This document shows positions 40,871 to 54,630 of a stretch of 64,000 bases of DNA, in pieces. The stretch comes from Eledone cirrhosa (Eukaryota). Made by a program: the position numbers and the translations under genes. The notes under the pieces are model-generated. The model worked only from the letters and a program-made list of their open reading frames with translations, did not search any database and was not told where the DNA came from. Location: positions 53,878,001 to 53,942,000 of the forward strand of contig OZ024741.1 of NCBI GenBank assembly GCA_964016885.1, in the 5' to 3' direction. Position 1 is the first letter of the stretch, and the number at the start of each line of letters is the position of its first letter.

Positions 40871-41087
40871 TTTTTATTGCGTGTTGTTACGGCACAACCC
40901 TGTATGCTTTCGTATGAGCAATGTTGTTTTCGATGTTCTTTTTGCTATTTTACCGATAATACTCTTCGTAATATGTCTACAGTGTCTAGCAGGCCTGTCT
41001 TTTTTTATATACTCTATGTGTAAGTTCTGAGTTTTTGGTTATGTATCTGTCTGTATTTTTAAAAATTCCTTTTCAGTGTATCAATTA

Positions 41088-41916
41088 CTAGCAGTAAAGC
41101 CCGGCGTTGCTCGGGGTCGCTCAGTAGCTGTGTTAAAGTTACAATGTTAAGTTTCTTTCTTGGCTTAAAAACTGTAGTGTCTACTGTGCAGACTTGCATG
41201 TGGTGTTTTTGATTAATATTCCCTCAACCAACAATATGCCTTATGAAGTTAAGAAAACATAACGATAACCCGAATGTTATAACAAAAGAGGATGCTGGGG
41301 ATAGAAACTGCACTGGTTATTTATTAACAAAGATCGAAAATGTAAACACTGCAACGCAGAGAAAAACATTAGCGTAACCAAATTATCAGTTATGTCTGTC
41401 TGCACGCCTATATCACCTCTCTGCACGACTGTCTGTCTGCACGCCTATATCACCTCTCTGCACGACTGTCTGTCTGCACGCCTATATCACCTCTCTGCAC
41501 GACTGTCTGTCTGCACGCGTATATCACCTCTCTGCACGACTGTCTGTCTGCACGCCTAACGACGAAATATTTGCTTGTTTTACGTAGTCTTTAAATAGAC
41601 TTTCAAGTAAAAATATTGTTTTAAAATGCTTTTAAATGGAAAAACGCTGAGAAAGCCAGCGTAATTTTTTACGTAAGACGCTCAATGTAAACAGAACAAA
41701 GGGAAATAACTGATAACTTACGCTCAAAAATCGATACATTATATTCGATTTCGTCACATAGGGTGGGTCAATTTGAAATTTTTTTTTTCCGATGTCTTCG
41801 CTAGGGCTCAATGTACAAGTATAGCAATTTCGGTGCAATTCCGTGAGAGATTCTAAGAGGAGATGTGTGCCAAAAATCGATAGACAGACAGACAACCACA
41901 GTTTTATATATATAGA
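41088..41916 (-). mobile_element. Non-autonomous Helitron (829 bp)
   Basis: Minus strand A|TCtatatata...cccgagcaacgccgggctttactgCTAG|T: TC start, CTAG end, hairpin, AT target, no TSD. The flanks rejoin into a LINE fragment. Confidence 0.8.
41393..41558. repeat. 37-bp minisatellite (~4.5 copies) inside the Helitron
   Basis: Unit tgtctgtctgcacgcctatatcacctctctgcacgac. Confidence 0.9.
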
Positions 41917-42021
41917 TTATAAAGGTTGTATCTGTATTCATTATTCACATTCGTGTTATTTCTATCTCCAAATCTTGTCTGCATAATTTCTCCATTTTTT
42001 AAATAAACATAGTCGTCTGTG

Positions 42022-42212
42022 AGGCGTGGATTGGCTGTATCGATAGAGAGTAGGACGCCATGCTTTCCAGCGTAGAGTTACGGCCCTTGCGATTCTGAAT
42101 TCAAATCCCGCCGAGGTTAACTTTGCCTTTCATCCTTATGGGGTCGATAAAATAAAGTACCAGCAATGCACTGGGTTATTGCTGGTCTTGTGCCAAAAGT
42201 AGAATTATTATT
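42022..42212 (+). mobile_element. SINE family 1
   Basis: Matches consensus. Confidence 0.88.
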
Positions 42213-42431
42213 GATAGAACACTCAATACATTTGCTTGCTTAATATGACAGAATTATTAAACCCACAGGTAATACCGGTCCATATTTAGCACATATAATA
42301 ATTTATTTTTCGGGTAAAGATGTGCGATGCATTCTAAAGAATACTTATTTATTAAACATGTAATTTCATGTAACGATGTAATAGTTTTAACTGACTATAT
42401 CATATATTTATATAAATAAATAAATAAATAA

Positions 42432-42492
<61 letters not shown>

Positions 42493-42533
42493 CGAAACAT
42501 AAGTCAATTGCATGAACTCATAATCCTTTATTT

Positions 42534-42589
42534 ACTGCTATATATATTTCGATGATAGCCATTGAATGGCTATGACCTCATCAGGCAGT
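42534..42589 (-). ncRNA. Type I hammerhead ribozyme, intact core
   Basis: Minus strand actgc-CTGATGA-ggt.atagccat-tca-atggctat.atc-GAAA-tatata-TA-gcagt: 5-bp stem I, long stem II, palindromic stem III; ~45 nt from a (TA)n tract. Confidence 0.8.
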
Positions 42590-43470
42590 TAGTCAGTTCT
42601 TAGATATGCCAGCTCTGTGTTTATAGTGTTGATGGTATCAGAGCCTTGGGACATATGAGCTTGTTAGGAATAATTTAATGTTGTCAGCAGGAATAGTCTT
42701 GATTCTCATTGGTCAGTTTGTAGATGCTAGTAGGGTTGGTATTTGACCTCAAAGAGGCAGGTGTTGTTGTCAAGTTCAAACCGTCAGGCAAGATGACAAT
42801 GGTTCCATATGACTGATTTTCACAAAAAGCATTCCTGGTCAGATATATATTCAATTGAGGTTAATAGTATGAAATAGATACTACAGGTCATTCTTAAATT
42901 GGGGCATTTATGTGGAGTGGTGCTACTGAAAATTATGGTTAGAGTAGAAAATTTACAAATAAAAAGATTTATGTAGGCTGGCTTGCACGTACACTCACAC
43001 CCACCTCCACAGACACACACACACATCCACACATACAAATTTATTCATATACAAATTGAGGAATTAATGTGGGGTGGTAATACTTAAGATAGTGGTTAGA
43101 GTCAAATACTCAGATAGTTTAGAAAATTTAGAAATAAAGGGCCTATGTTGGTTGACTTGTACATACACTAACACCTACCCCCTCAGACACACACACATCT
43201 ACACAGACAAATCCATACAGGTGTGTATATATATATATATGTGTACGCACAAGTATATATATATACATATGAAATATACATATATATATATATATGAAAT
43301 ATACATATATAAATATATATGAGACATGGTATTATACAGAGAACTTATAGGCGTCGCTGTCGAATTTATACCTTCCTTTATACCCATTCTGGTGTTTCCT
43401 ATGCATGGAGTACTATTCTGATTTATGTTCTCCTTAATCTCGGCACCACACACTTTCTATATAGACATAA

Positions 43471-43612
<142 letters not shown>

Positions 43613-44182
43613 ACACTTACGCGTATGTATAATATATAGAGAGAAAGAGGTATATAAATATAGATATATATGTGAAAAGTATCGCGTGTCTGTCAGAAAA
43701 GATGGAGATCTAGCCTAGTAAAGTTGTAATATATTCATATGCAACATTTAGATGTATGCAAAATAAAACAAGTATTTTGAAAATCAATTGTTAGAAATGT
43801 GTAAGTTAAATGTAAGATATAGATTAGAGGAAACACCTCATGTATAATTTCTGCATTGGAATCATTTTACGATAAAGAAGAGGGGAATAACTGGGGAAGG
43901 AGACAAGAATATGTTACTTGATGTAAGTGGTATGTAAAACAAATGGAGGGAAATAGAAATGTTTCTATGTATAATTTAGTATTAAGGTAAGCAATGGAGA
44001 TGATTAGATATATGGGATTGAACAGAAAAACAATTTGTTATTGCACGGGAGGATATAATGGAGAGTAAAATATATGAGATATGAATGGAAACACATTTTC
44101 AATAGACACACAGACAAACACACCCCCACGCGTATATATATAGAGAGATAGATAGATAGATAAATATATAGATAGATATATT

Positions 44183-44261
<79 letters not shown>

Positions 44262-44266
44262 CAGGC

Positions 44267-44315
<49 letters not shown>

Positions 44316-44373
44316 TGTGGATGTATATGAATATGAATGTATATATGTATCTATCTAATCACCTCTCTCTCTG

Positions 44374-44406
<33 letters not shown>

Positions 44407-44423
44407 ATTTGTGAATGTGTGTA

Positions 44424-44469
<46 letters not shown>

Positions 44470-45044
44470 CGTGTGTGTTTGCATATATATTTATCCCGTA
44501 CGTTCATCTATTAAGGACTGTTTTTTGTACATCAGATTTCTCTTTCTGTTTTCGCTATTTATTTCTTTATTTATATATTTATTTATTTATTTATCCGAAA
44601 CAACAAGTAGAAGGAAGAACGCCGGAAATTGCGATCATCTGAGAAAGGGCAGCTATTGTAATCTTATCATTATATGTTATAGGAAATAAAAAAAAACAAG
44701 AACAACAACTACGTTATAATAAGGTATAATACAAAAGGAAAATATAGGGCGATGAATGGTAGAGAGAGATAGAATGGGAGAATCAAAGAAAGGCTGATGT
44801 ATAGATCAGAAGAAAGTATGCCTGTATGCACACACACACAAATACACACACGCACACAGACCACACACACATGCATATATATTTATATATATATATATTT
44901 ATATATATATATATATATATTCACATACCTATGATATATTTTGTCATGTGCTTACGTGTGAATATAAGAATATACGTTGAATATACCATTTGCCACATAT
45001 ATATAACCGTATACACACACACACACACACACATACACACACAC

Positions 45045-45105
<61 letters not shown>

Positions 45106-45248
45106 CGTACGCACATAGACAACAGTCAATTTCGTATTTTGATCGTTTTATTTTTTTTTGTTGTAGCTGCTTAGGATAAATACGTAAATTGGCTTGTTTG
45201 TCTGTATCTTTGTCTATGTGCATGGACGGTATATACATACATACATTC

Positions 45249-45329
<81 letters not shown>

Positions 45330-45337
45330 CATATATA

Positions 45338-46098
<761 letters not shown>

Positions 46099-47164
46099 GT
46101 ATACATATATATATAGAGAGAGAGAAATGAGATGTTTGTGACGGCGTGCATGTGATTGTACGTGGAATTGTCATATATAAACAACGATGAAGTAGGAATG
46201 AATATTTAATCTATAATGTAACAGTTTTATAGACTTGACAAAGTTTTGAATGATTTTGTATCCATTCTGTCTGTTTTATGACATTTGAACGTAATTCAAC
46301 GTATAATAATGCTTACGTGAATATACGGAGCTTCTTTTATTTGCTAGTTTCTTATGTCTTTGTCTGGTTCTAATTTTCTGCATCAAGAGAAATTGTTTTA
46401 TTGGGGTTAAACTGCATTTTTCAAGAGATCTAGTGATAAGTTGTGTCGAAATAAATAAATCAAAATAAATAGACTGGATTATGTGGAACTGCTTAAGACA
46501 TAGAGGACTTTTTTATAACGATAAGCTTCGTCAGTTGAATCAATTCTGAGAATCTGTACCTTTACTAATAAAAAAAGACATGTAAAAAGACACCTAAAGC
46601 TGCTGGAATCTATGTTTACCCATGTTTTATGTTTATCCCTGTATGTATGTTTCCCGATTATCCTTTATTTGCTGTTTTAATAAGGGATCTTGTTTGTAGG
46701 GAATATGTCATGCTATTCACAGATGATGTATGATTATAAAAGCTTTTATTGGATTTTCTAATTACTATGCCCTAAGATATATGGCGGTGAACGATTCCCT
46801 AAGATATATGAAGGTGAACGATTCCCTCTTACGGAGAGTTGTTAACTGATGTCTGGCAATTAATATCAACAACTTCGATTGTAGTTGAAACTAATTGTAA
46901 CATCCTTCCACAAGCGCAATTGTAAACAATACATAACTCAACACATTTATAATATTGAGAGCTCATTACTTTGGCATATAAAAATTGTTTCCTATATTAC
47001 ACACACACACATACACATACACAGACGCGCGTGCGCGCGCACAATCGTCAATGTTTCTATTAATAAATTATTGATATATGTATGTTTTAATGTGTTTATG
47101 AGTGTTTGAGATAGAGGAGGAGAGGGAGAGAGAGAGCTTGGAATGTTTAACGAACGTATATATC

Positions 47165-47294
47165 ATTATTTCTGCTTTTGGCACAAGACTAGCAATTCTC
47201 CTGTACATTACTGGTACTTTATTTTATCGACCCCGTAAGGTTGAAAGGCAAAGTTAACCTCCTACGTGATTTGAACTCAGACCGTAAAGGGACG
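47165..47294 (-). mobile_element. SINE family 1, 5'-truncated
   Basis: Core and B box present, A box missing. Confidence 0.8.
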
Positions 47295-47534
47295 AAGGTA
47301 TATATAATGTTGAGAATTACAAATCCATTCATTTGTGTCCATCAACTGAGGGATCGGTCCAGGTAACACAAGTTTCCTATCCACATGAAGTTGTCTTTCT
47401 GATGGATTAACGTATAAGTGTATATTCTAATCGCCTAGGTTTGCATTTTAATAATACAGACTCAATTAAATTATTGAGTGAGGAGGCGACAAAGGCGGTA
47501 TCTATTCTATTCTATAAGCTGCGTTCCATAATTG

Positions 47535-47612
<78 letters not shown>

Positions 47613-48889
47613 TACATATATACATATATATACTAACGTATATTTTACATACGCATACACACGTTGGCGTGTGGTGAGTATGATAATATGTAAACTATAA
47701 AACCAAGCAAGACCACAGTTATAATGATGGATTAATGAGGATTAAAGAAGAAGGCTTTAGATGCAAGGTGCAACTTTGTTAATGACCAGAATGCAGAGAT
47801 CCACAATAATTCTATGTTAAACCTTTTATCCAAGATTGCAATTACATTGTCATAAGAGATACATTGTAATCCGCCTATATGCAATGGATAATTCACAATG
47901 TTATATAATTCACAAATAAACATTCTACGTGATTCTGAAATTTAACTAGTTTTATGGATATAAAGAAAATATATGCTCTGAAAACTTACACATGATGCAA
48001 AACGCCGCAGGTCTATATTACATGTGTGTGTGGTTTTATGTGTGTGTGTGTATATACATAAAACAATTTGACGAATAAATCTTATAAATACAATAATATT
48101 TAATATAATATAATATAATATAATATAATATAATATAATAGGATATAATGTAATGTAATATAATAGAATGTAATATAATATTCAGTTTCTTTTAGTAAAA
48201 AGATGAGTTGTACACACACTTTCTATTATTCCCTCCATACACAGAAAAACTTAATAAATTACCCTTATGTATTTCAGAGGTTATTGGCTTTTATTCAATT
48301 GATAATTATCCGTACGCTTCTACCTACAGAGGGAGCTTTATTGCGTGCCATGCACGATGTCAAGCACGATATATAACATAATTGAAATTTGAATCACACA
48401 CTTTTGTTTGATGATGCCGAGTATGATGGTGAAGAAAGTCGGCACAACCCCCAGTATGTGTGTGTGTGTGTTTGTATGTATGTATGTGTGTGTGACGTAA
48501 ACTCGAGTATTTTGTGGCAGCTAACTAAAAATGCAATGGGATGTATCTTTTCAGCGCAGAGAAAGTCCTTACTGACCAGACTAAAAAAGAGAAAAACTGA
48601 CGGTTGCCTGCCCAGAGACGGTTGCATTGCCATTTCAGAGGACTTATAGATAATAGAGTGCTGTTCAACACCGTATATATCTTCAAGCAGCTCCTGATTA
48701 AATGAAGTTAGCTAAAGCAGGGGATGTACGTGAGTTCGTCCACATTACCAAAGCATTCGATACTTTAACAGAAATTGTGTGTGTTTCAGTGTATGTGTGT
48801 GTCAGTGTGTGCCTGTGTGTGAGTACGTATATATGTATATATAATCATACACAAAACGCCAGCACCAACAGTTTCGGAAGAGATGTTAT

Positions 48890-49082
48890 TTTTATCTAAA
48901 GACATTTTTTTCCAATTCCAACCACCCGTCCCCTCATTTTATCTTATTTCTCATTATTTATGCTAATGAAGGACTAGCGTCCGAAACGTTAAGACCCTCT
49001 TCCTGCTATATCAAGCGTTAACCTAATATATCCGTTCCATATACTGTACCGATTGTGTTGTTATTTCTGTTTACATTTTACA
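48890..49082 (+). mobile_element. PLE terminal fragment with minimal HHR-like motif (48963-48995)
   Basis: CTAATGA-aggac-tagc-gtcc-GAAA-cgtt. Reverse complement of 53561-53730, which lacks the 5' core. Confidence 0.6.
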
Positions 49083-49542
49083 TACATATATACATATATG
49101 TACAAATATATATAGATGTGTGTATATGTTTATATGCACACATACATATATATATATGCGTGTGTGTGTGTATGTGTACGGGGTTTCGTGTGTGTGCCTG
49201 TGTGCGTGTGAGTGTGTGATAATCTTAATCAGATGATCAACAGACTACTATTCATTCAATAACTTACTCAATGAATTATAGAAATATTAAATAAAAAATA
49301 TATGTATATATCTACATATGTAATAAAAACATTATATATATATATACATATATATAATAAAAATATATGTCATATATATAAATATATAAGTGTATACATA
49401 TATATAAATATATAGGTGTATACATATATATAAATATATAAGTGTATACATATATATATGTATATATGTATATATATATATATATATATAGGTACGTTAT
49501 TCCGGGTTGAATCGGAGGTAACAAGAATCTCATCTATATTAA

Positions 49543-49632
<90 letters not shown>

Positions 49633-49648
49633 TACATACATACATACA

Positions 49649-49680
<32 letters not shown>

Positions 49681-49766
49681 CATACATACATACATACATA
49701 CATACATACATAAATACATACATATACATACATACATATACATACATACATACATACATACATACA

Positions 49767-49798
<32 letters not shown>

Positions 49799-50347
49799 CA
49801 TACATACATACATACATATGTGTACGTCTGGGTGTGTGAAATTAAATACATCGATCCCGTTCTAATTTAATGCGCTGTTTTCTCTCTGTTCGTATTATTA
49901 CTTTTATAACTTCAATGATTTTAATATTCTCTAGATCTTTTAATTTTTTCTCTCTACTTTCATTTATATTTCTCCAATTTCTCCTGATTAATATATTCTT
50001 TTATGGTACTCTTTTATTTTTGTCGTTGTCGTTATCGTTGCTGTTGTTGTTTTTGTTATTGTTTCTTTAGTGATGACATCGTTTTTAGGTTTGTTGTTGT
50101 AAACTATGTTGTTGCTTGTGTTGTTGTTTATGGTGATGATGCTGTCATGTTCCTTTGTATGCCAGTCAACTCTGTTGGGATTTAAGAGAATATTAATTTT
50201 ACGTCACTCCATGGTTCAATCATTCTATGTTATGCGCCAATATATCTGATGTTCGATACCAGAAGCTCAAAACATTTGTATACGCGCATTGCTCACATAT
50301 ATACACAGAAACATTCTCATAAACATATACAAATATATACGCTAAGT

Positions 50348-50386
<39 letters not shown>

Positions 50387-50453
50387 TGCGCACGCACGCA
50401 CATACACATATATATTTATACATTTATGTATATATATATATGTATACCTACAT

Positions 50454-50505
<52 letters not shown>

Positions 50506-50507
<2 letters not shown>

Positions 50508-51568
50508 TTCAGTGCAAGGCGCATACAATAGTCCACTACGATGATAAAAAGGTAGGGAGCCAATGTATCTCCCTGGAGCACTCCAGCCAGTATCTCAAAC
50601 AACTCTGTCATCCCATCAGGTGTAATGACTTTGGCTTTGGTGTTGGTGTAGAGCAGTGATATCAGGTCCACTATCCTCTTGGGGATTCCAGAAGCCTGTA
50701 AGATCTTCATCAGGCACTGACGGTCCACAGAATCAAAGGCCTTCCTAAAGTCAATGAAAACCATGACCGCAGGAAGGCACTTTGCTCTAGCTCCCTCTAA
50801 TATCCTCCTCAGCATCAGGATGTGACTGGTGGTTGATCTTCCCTCTCTGAAGCCGTTCTGGTTGTCCCTGAGCTTCTTCTCCATCTCAGGCTGGATCCTG
50901 TTAAGAATTATCCTGTTGAGGGTCTTTTCCACAAATGACGTCAGTGAGATCCCCCTGTAGCTTTTGGTGTTAGAGAGATCTCCCTTCTTTTGCACTGGGA
51001 CGATGTTACTGATCCTCCACTGATTCGGGGCAACTCCTTTCTCCAGTGCCTGGTTACAGAACCCCAGGATGATATCATCAAAATCACACCTCTTCATCAC
51101 CTCTGATGCCACTCCATCTTATCCATTAGCCTTGCCTTCCTTGATTTTCTTTTTGGCTCTCTGAAGCTCCTCTCTGGAGAAGGGCTCTGTCTCAATATCC
51201 AGTTCTTCAAACAGCCGCCTAATCTCCCCAGTGCTCTGGGCTGTGGAGGGTGGCTCTCCTAGTAGGATCCTAAAATGGTCTAGCCATTTCCTCTTCCTAT
51301 CCTCGGGCCCTGTACTCTGGATCTGACTCGAACACCTTCTCTTCCTCCCTGTGATCTCGTTGATGATCATCCAGCTCTCCTTACATCCAGATCTGTCAAC
51401 CGCTCTCTCCACACTTCTAATCTTCTCTATCAGTGCCTCCTCTCTGGCCTCAGTGTAAGCGGTACAGAGTTCTTTCTTCATCACCTCTACAGTCTCCATC
51501 CTCTCCTCTGTAGGATCAGCATAGAATTGGTCCTTGGCAGCTTTCAGATATTCTCTGGCTGCACACAC
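50506..51568 (-). pseudogene. RTE-type ORF, linker and RT N-terminal half
   Basis: [51 protein letters not shown]; stop at 51119-51121. Confidence 0.88.
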
Positions 51569-52430
51569 TTTTGGGTTTGCAGAGCTGACGTGCTTCCTTT
51601 TGTTCTTTTACCTCGGCACCAGGGTCTCACTTGTTTCCGCCACTGCATTAAATCCAGGACTTTGGCTTTACTGTAGCACCGGCTCAGAGCAGGAGAGTTA
51701 AGGCGAAAAAGATATCAGATGCTGAATGTGCCGACGACATAGTTTTGCTGACAAATACAGTGAAGGTGGCAGAGGATTTGATACAGCAGGTTGAGACTGT
51801 GTCGATGAGTGTGGGGTTGAGAATGAATGAAACTAAAACAAAATATATGTAGAGAATGTTGAGAGGCCAGAGGGAATCACTAATGTAGGCGGGAAGCCAC
51901 GAAAATTGGTTGAGGACTTCCTGTATTCGGGAGCAAAGATTGGGAATACGGAAGATGATGTGGTTGAGAGTAAGAGCAAAGCCTGGGCGGCGTGCCACAG
52001 CTTGAGATCGGTGTGGAAGTCGGACCTTCGTGAAGACCTGAAGGTCCGCCTCTTCATTTCTGTAGTGGAATCTCTGTGCTGCTGTACGGGTCTGAGACTT
52101 GGACACTGACCAAGAAACTCATTCAGATGGTGGATGGGTGCTACACGAGAATGCGGAGGATGGCTCTGAACATTAATCAGTATACACTGAGGATGAAAAA
52201 CTCAGAGCTGTATGGGAGCCTCCCAAGAGTCAGCTCAAAAGTGACACAGAGGAGACTGAGGTTAGCTGGACATGCTCACCGACATCCAGAGTTGACATTG
52301 CACACAGTGCTCCTGTGGGAGCCCCTACATGGACACACTGGAAGAGGAAGACCAAGGGTAACGTATGTTGATGCCCTAAGGACATACCATACACTGGTCT
52401 GCTGGAGACGTAGGACATGGCAGCGATAAT
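50506..52430 (+). mobile_element. RTE-type LINE with inverted 5' part (50506-51650 minus; 51654-52430 plus)
   Basis: The minus part encodes the region up to ..YCMRLAL; the plus part resumes at QD.GFTVAPAQSRRV. Both are nearly identical to 31821-32975. Confidence 0.9.
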
Positions 52431-53117
52431 TAAAGCGATGAAATGCCTGGGACGGTTGGAGGGTCACTGATGAAGGACTCACTTTTTCATATGTATCCCA
52501 TTTGCAACGCCGCAGCTCCATTATTATCATATTTACACATATATTTTTTCCTCTGCTGCCACCCGTCTGTTTCGTTCTTTGTATCTTTACCCTTTCTAGC
52601 AGTCTCTCTCTCTCTGTTAGCCTCTTCCTCAACTTTCACTCACTCATACCCTGTCACTGCCTCTCCTCCTCTCCTCTTTCTTCCCGCTTGACCTGTCCGA
52701 TTTCTTTTCTCGCGCACTCTTGGCCAAGCCGGTATGAAATTTTTTTTCGCTCTCTCTCTCGTCTGCGTCTTCACAGAACTTATGTTTACCGAATTCACAG
52801 ACCAGACCCCTTCTTCTTCCCCCCCCCCGTTAGACCTGTGCGAAATTCCTTCCTCGCTCACATTTCAACCAGGTTTGATGGTCTTTATTCTCTAGTTCAC
52901 GGTTTTATCGAGTTTATATTCATAGAAATCTGGGACTTGTCTCTTTCTTCTCACTTTCTGTTGCCTAAACCATTTTGTTTGTTCACCCTAACGTTCTCTT
53001 TATTTACGCGTCCCAACGACTTTTTTTAGCCGTTGTTCGCACCAACCTGAGGTATATGGCCCTTAAAGCGATGAAATGCCTGGGACGGTTGGAGGGTCAC
53101 TGATGAAGGACTCACTT

Positions 53118-53125
<8 letters not shown>
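52430..53125 (+). mobile_element. 633-nt pyrimidine-rich non-coding unit with 63-nt identical terminal direct repeat (retrozyme-like or PLE partial tandem)
   Basis: 52430-52492 equals 53063-53125; ends in (TA)n; contains permuted hammerhead strands. Confidence 0.7.
53042..53107 (+). ncRNA. Candidate non-circularly permuted hammerhead ribozyme
   Basis: aggtaT-A-tggccct / taaagcgat-GAAA-tgcct / agggtca-CTGATGA: stem III aggtat:atgcct, stem I tggccct:agggtca, extra helix ccaacc:ggttgg. Confidence 0.65.
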
Positions 53126-53149
<24 letters not shown>

Positions 53150-53152
<3 letters not shown>

Positions 53153-53478
53153 GATGAAATGAATCTTCTGTTCGATCATGGAATACCACGAGCGTGCCTG
53201 TTACGTAGGTTGGATAACTGATTTCGGATTCATAGAAACACTTCAAACGTATATCGTGTGACTTGTCCAGGTGTATCTTTTTAACCTGTTAGTATTTCCG
53301 TTACTTTGGTATAGTGTGGTTAGGTTTGGCCTACGACAATCTTCAATTTGTCAAGCTATTTAAACGTATGTTATTACTCTAAGGACCTACGCTTATTGAG
53401 TGCTTTGCTAACTCATTCATTTTGTAGGTCGACTTTGCTTGCCCACAGCCAAAGCTTCGATTTTACTAAGCTTCGACT

Positions 53479-53481
<3 letters not shown>
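53150..53481 (+). mobile_element. (TA)n-inserted non-coding element carrying structured motif copy D
   Basis: Colinear with 30744-31152; (TA)n on both sides. Confidence 0.65.
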
Positions 53482-53558
<77 letters not shown>

Positions 53559-53560
53559 AT

Positions 53561-53730
53561 GTAAAAGGTAAACAGAAATAACAACACCATTGATACAGTA
53601 TATGGAAGGTATATATTAGGTTATCGCTTGATATAGCAGGAAGAGGGTCTTAACGTTTCGGACGCTAGAGAAATAAAATAGATTGAGAGGACGGGCGGGA
53701 TGGAATTGGATAAAATGTCTTTAGATAAAT
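53561..53730 (-). mobile_element. PLE terminal fragment (48890 family) in (TA)n
   Basis: Reverse complement of 48890-49082 with a deletion over the HHR 5' core. Confidence 0.65.
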
Positions 53731-54060
53731 ATATATATATATATATTACAAATAAATCATCAGTATAGCAGTATGCTACCTAAGTTTCAAAGCCTAGTCA
53801 CAACATAGATCATAGAAACAATATTAACAGGTATACGGTCTCAAAGACCTATTCTAGAGTAGGCTTTGGAAGATTAGGGAATTTATTTGTACATAACATA
53901 ATGCGCTCTTTATACATTATGTAGTCTACTGAAATGTTGACTGTTTTAGACATGACACAATAATTCAAAACCAGCACACTGATTTATGTATGTATATATA
54001 TATATTTACATATATATGCGCGCGAGCGCATGTGTGTGTGTGTGTATGTATGTATGTATA

Positions 54061-54630
54061 TGTCGGGTGGCCCTTGAGTGCTACTGGTAACATGTAACCC
54101 AGTACAACCTGTCGCGTGGTGGTCGTTGGAGACTAAGCCGGCAACCCCACCAAGTGAGGAGGATGATTTTGGACACCCTGCAGGACAAAAAACAAAACCC
54201 GACAAGGGGCGAAAGAACTCATAAGAGTCAACAGCCATCGAAAAGTGTGTAAATATGTATATACACATGTACATATGTATGTATATGCGCGGGGACATAG
54301 AAATAGTTGGGCTGGACAGCCGATCGCGTGGTTGAAACCACTGGGAGTGAAGGACTCCTAGCCTTTGTCAGGGCATTCTTCTAGAAGGCAACTCAGCAAA
54401 CTGGGATACCTCCGATATAAAACCTGTGGCTCAGTAGTTACCGATGATGTTGATCTTTTCTTCTTTTCGGGTTATAGCTACTGTCGCTCAGAGAGAGGGA
54501 TTGGCTCAGTGCACCGTCTCTTACTTTAAAAAACATCTTAACGCACAGGCATTGCACGATAGAATTAATTAATAATTATTAATAATGGTATATCGTGCAA
54601 TGGCCATACTCGATAACGAGGGACAGCCAT
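54061..54630 (+). mobile_element. GC-richer repeat, possibly the 5' UTR region of an RTE-type LINE or a derived SINE
   Basis: Motifs ggcaaccccacc and ctagaagg..aactc..ctccgatataaaacc recall RTE 5' UTRs; flanked by (TATG)n. No second copy in the window. Confidence 0.3.

Larger units (their letters stand above)
40872..42003 (-). pseudogene. 3' end of an R4/Dong-like (restriction-like endonuclease) LINE, split by a Helitron
   Basis: Joining 41917-42000 with 40950-41087 on the minus strand gives DLEIEITRM*IMNTDTTFIIIDTL..KNTDRYITK..KTGLLDTVDILRRVLS, like the RLE C-terminus DL..EI.RMW......P.IIGALG..QK..LLGT..ILRR.L. Confidence 0.65.

Noticed and set aside
42820-42960. Possible PLE endonuclease tail upstream of the 42534 hammerhead (minus strand)
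   Set aside because: Similarity is too weak to call by eye.
54061-54225. HDV-like ribozyme (cctgtcgcgtgg and ggcgaa motifs)
   Set aside because: I could not build the P1/P2/P3/P1.1 nested double pseudoknot with correct adjacency.
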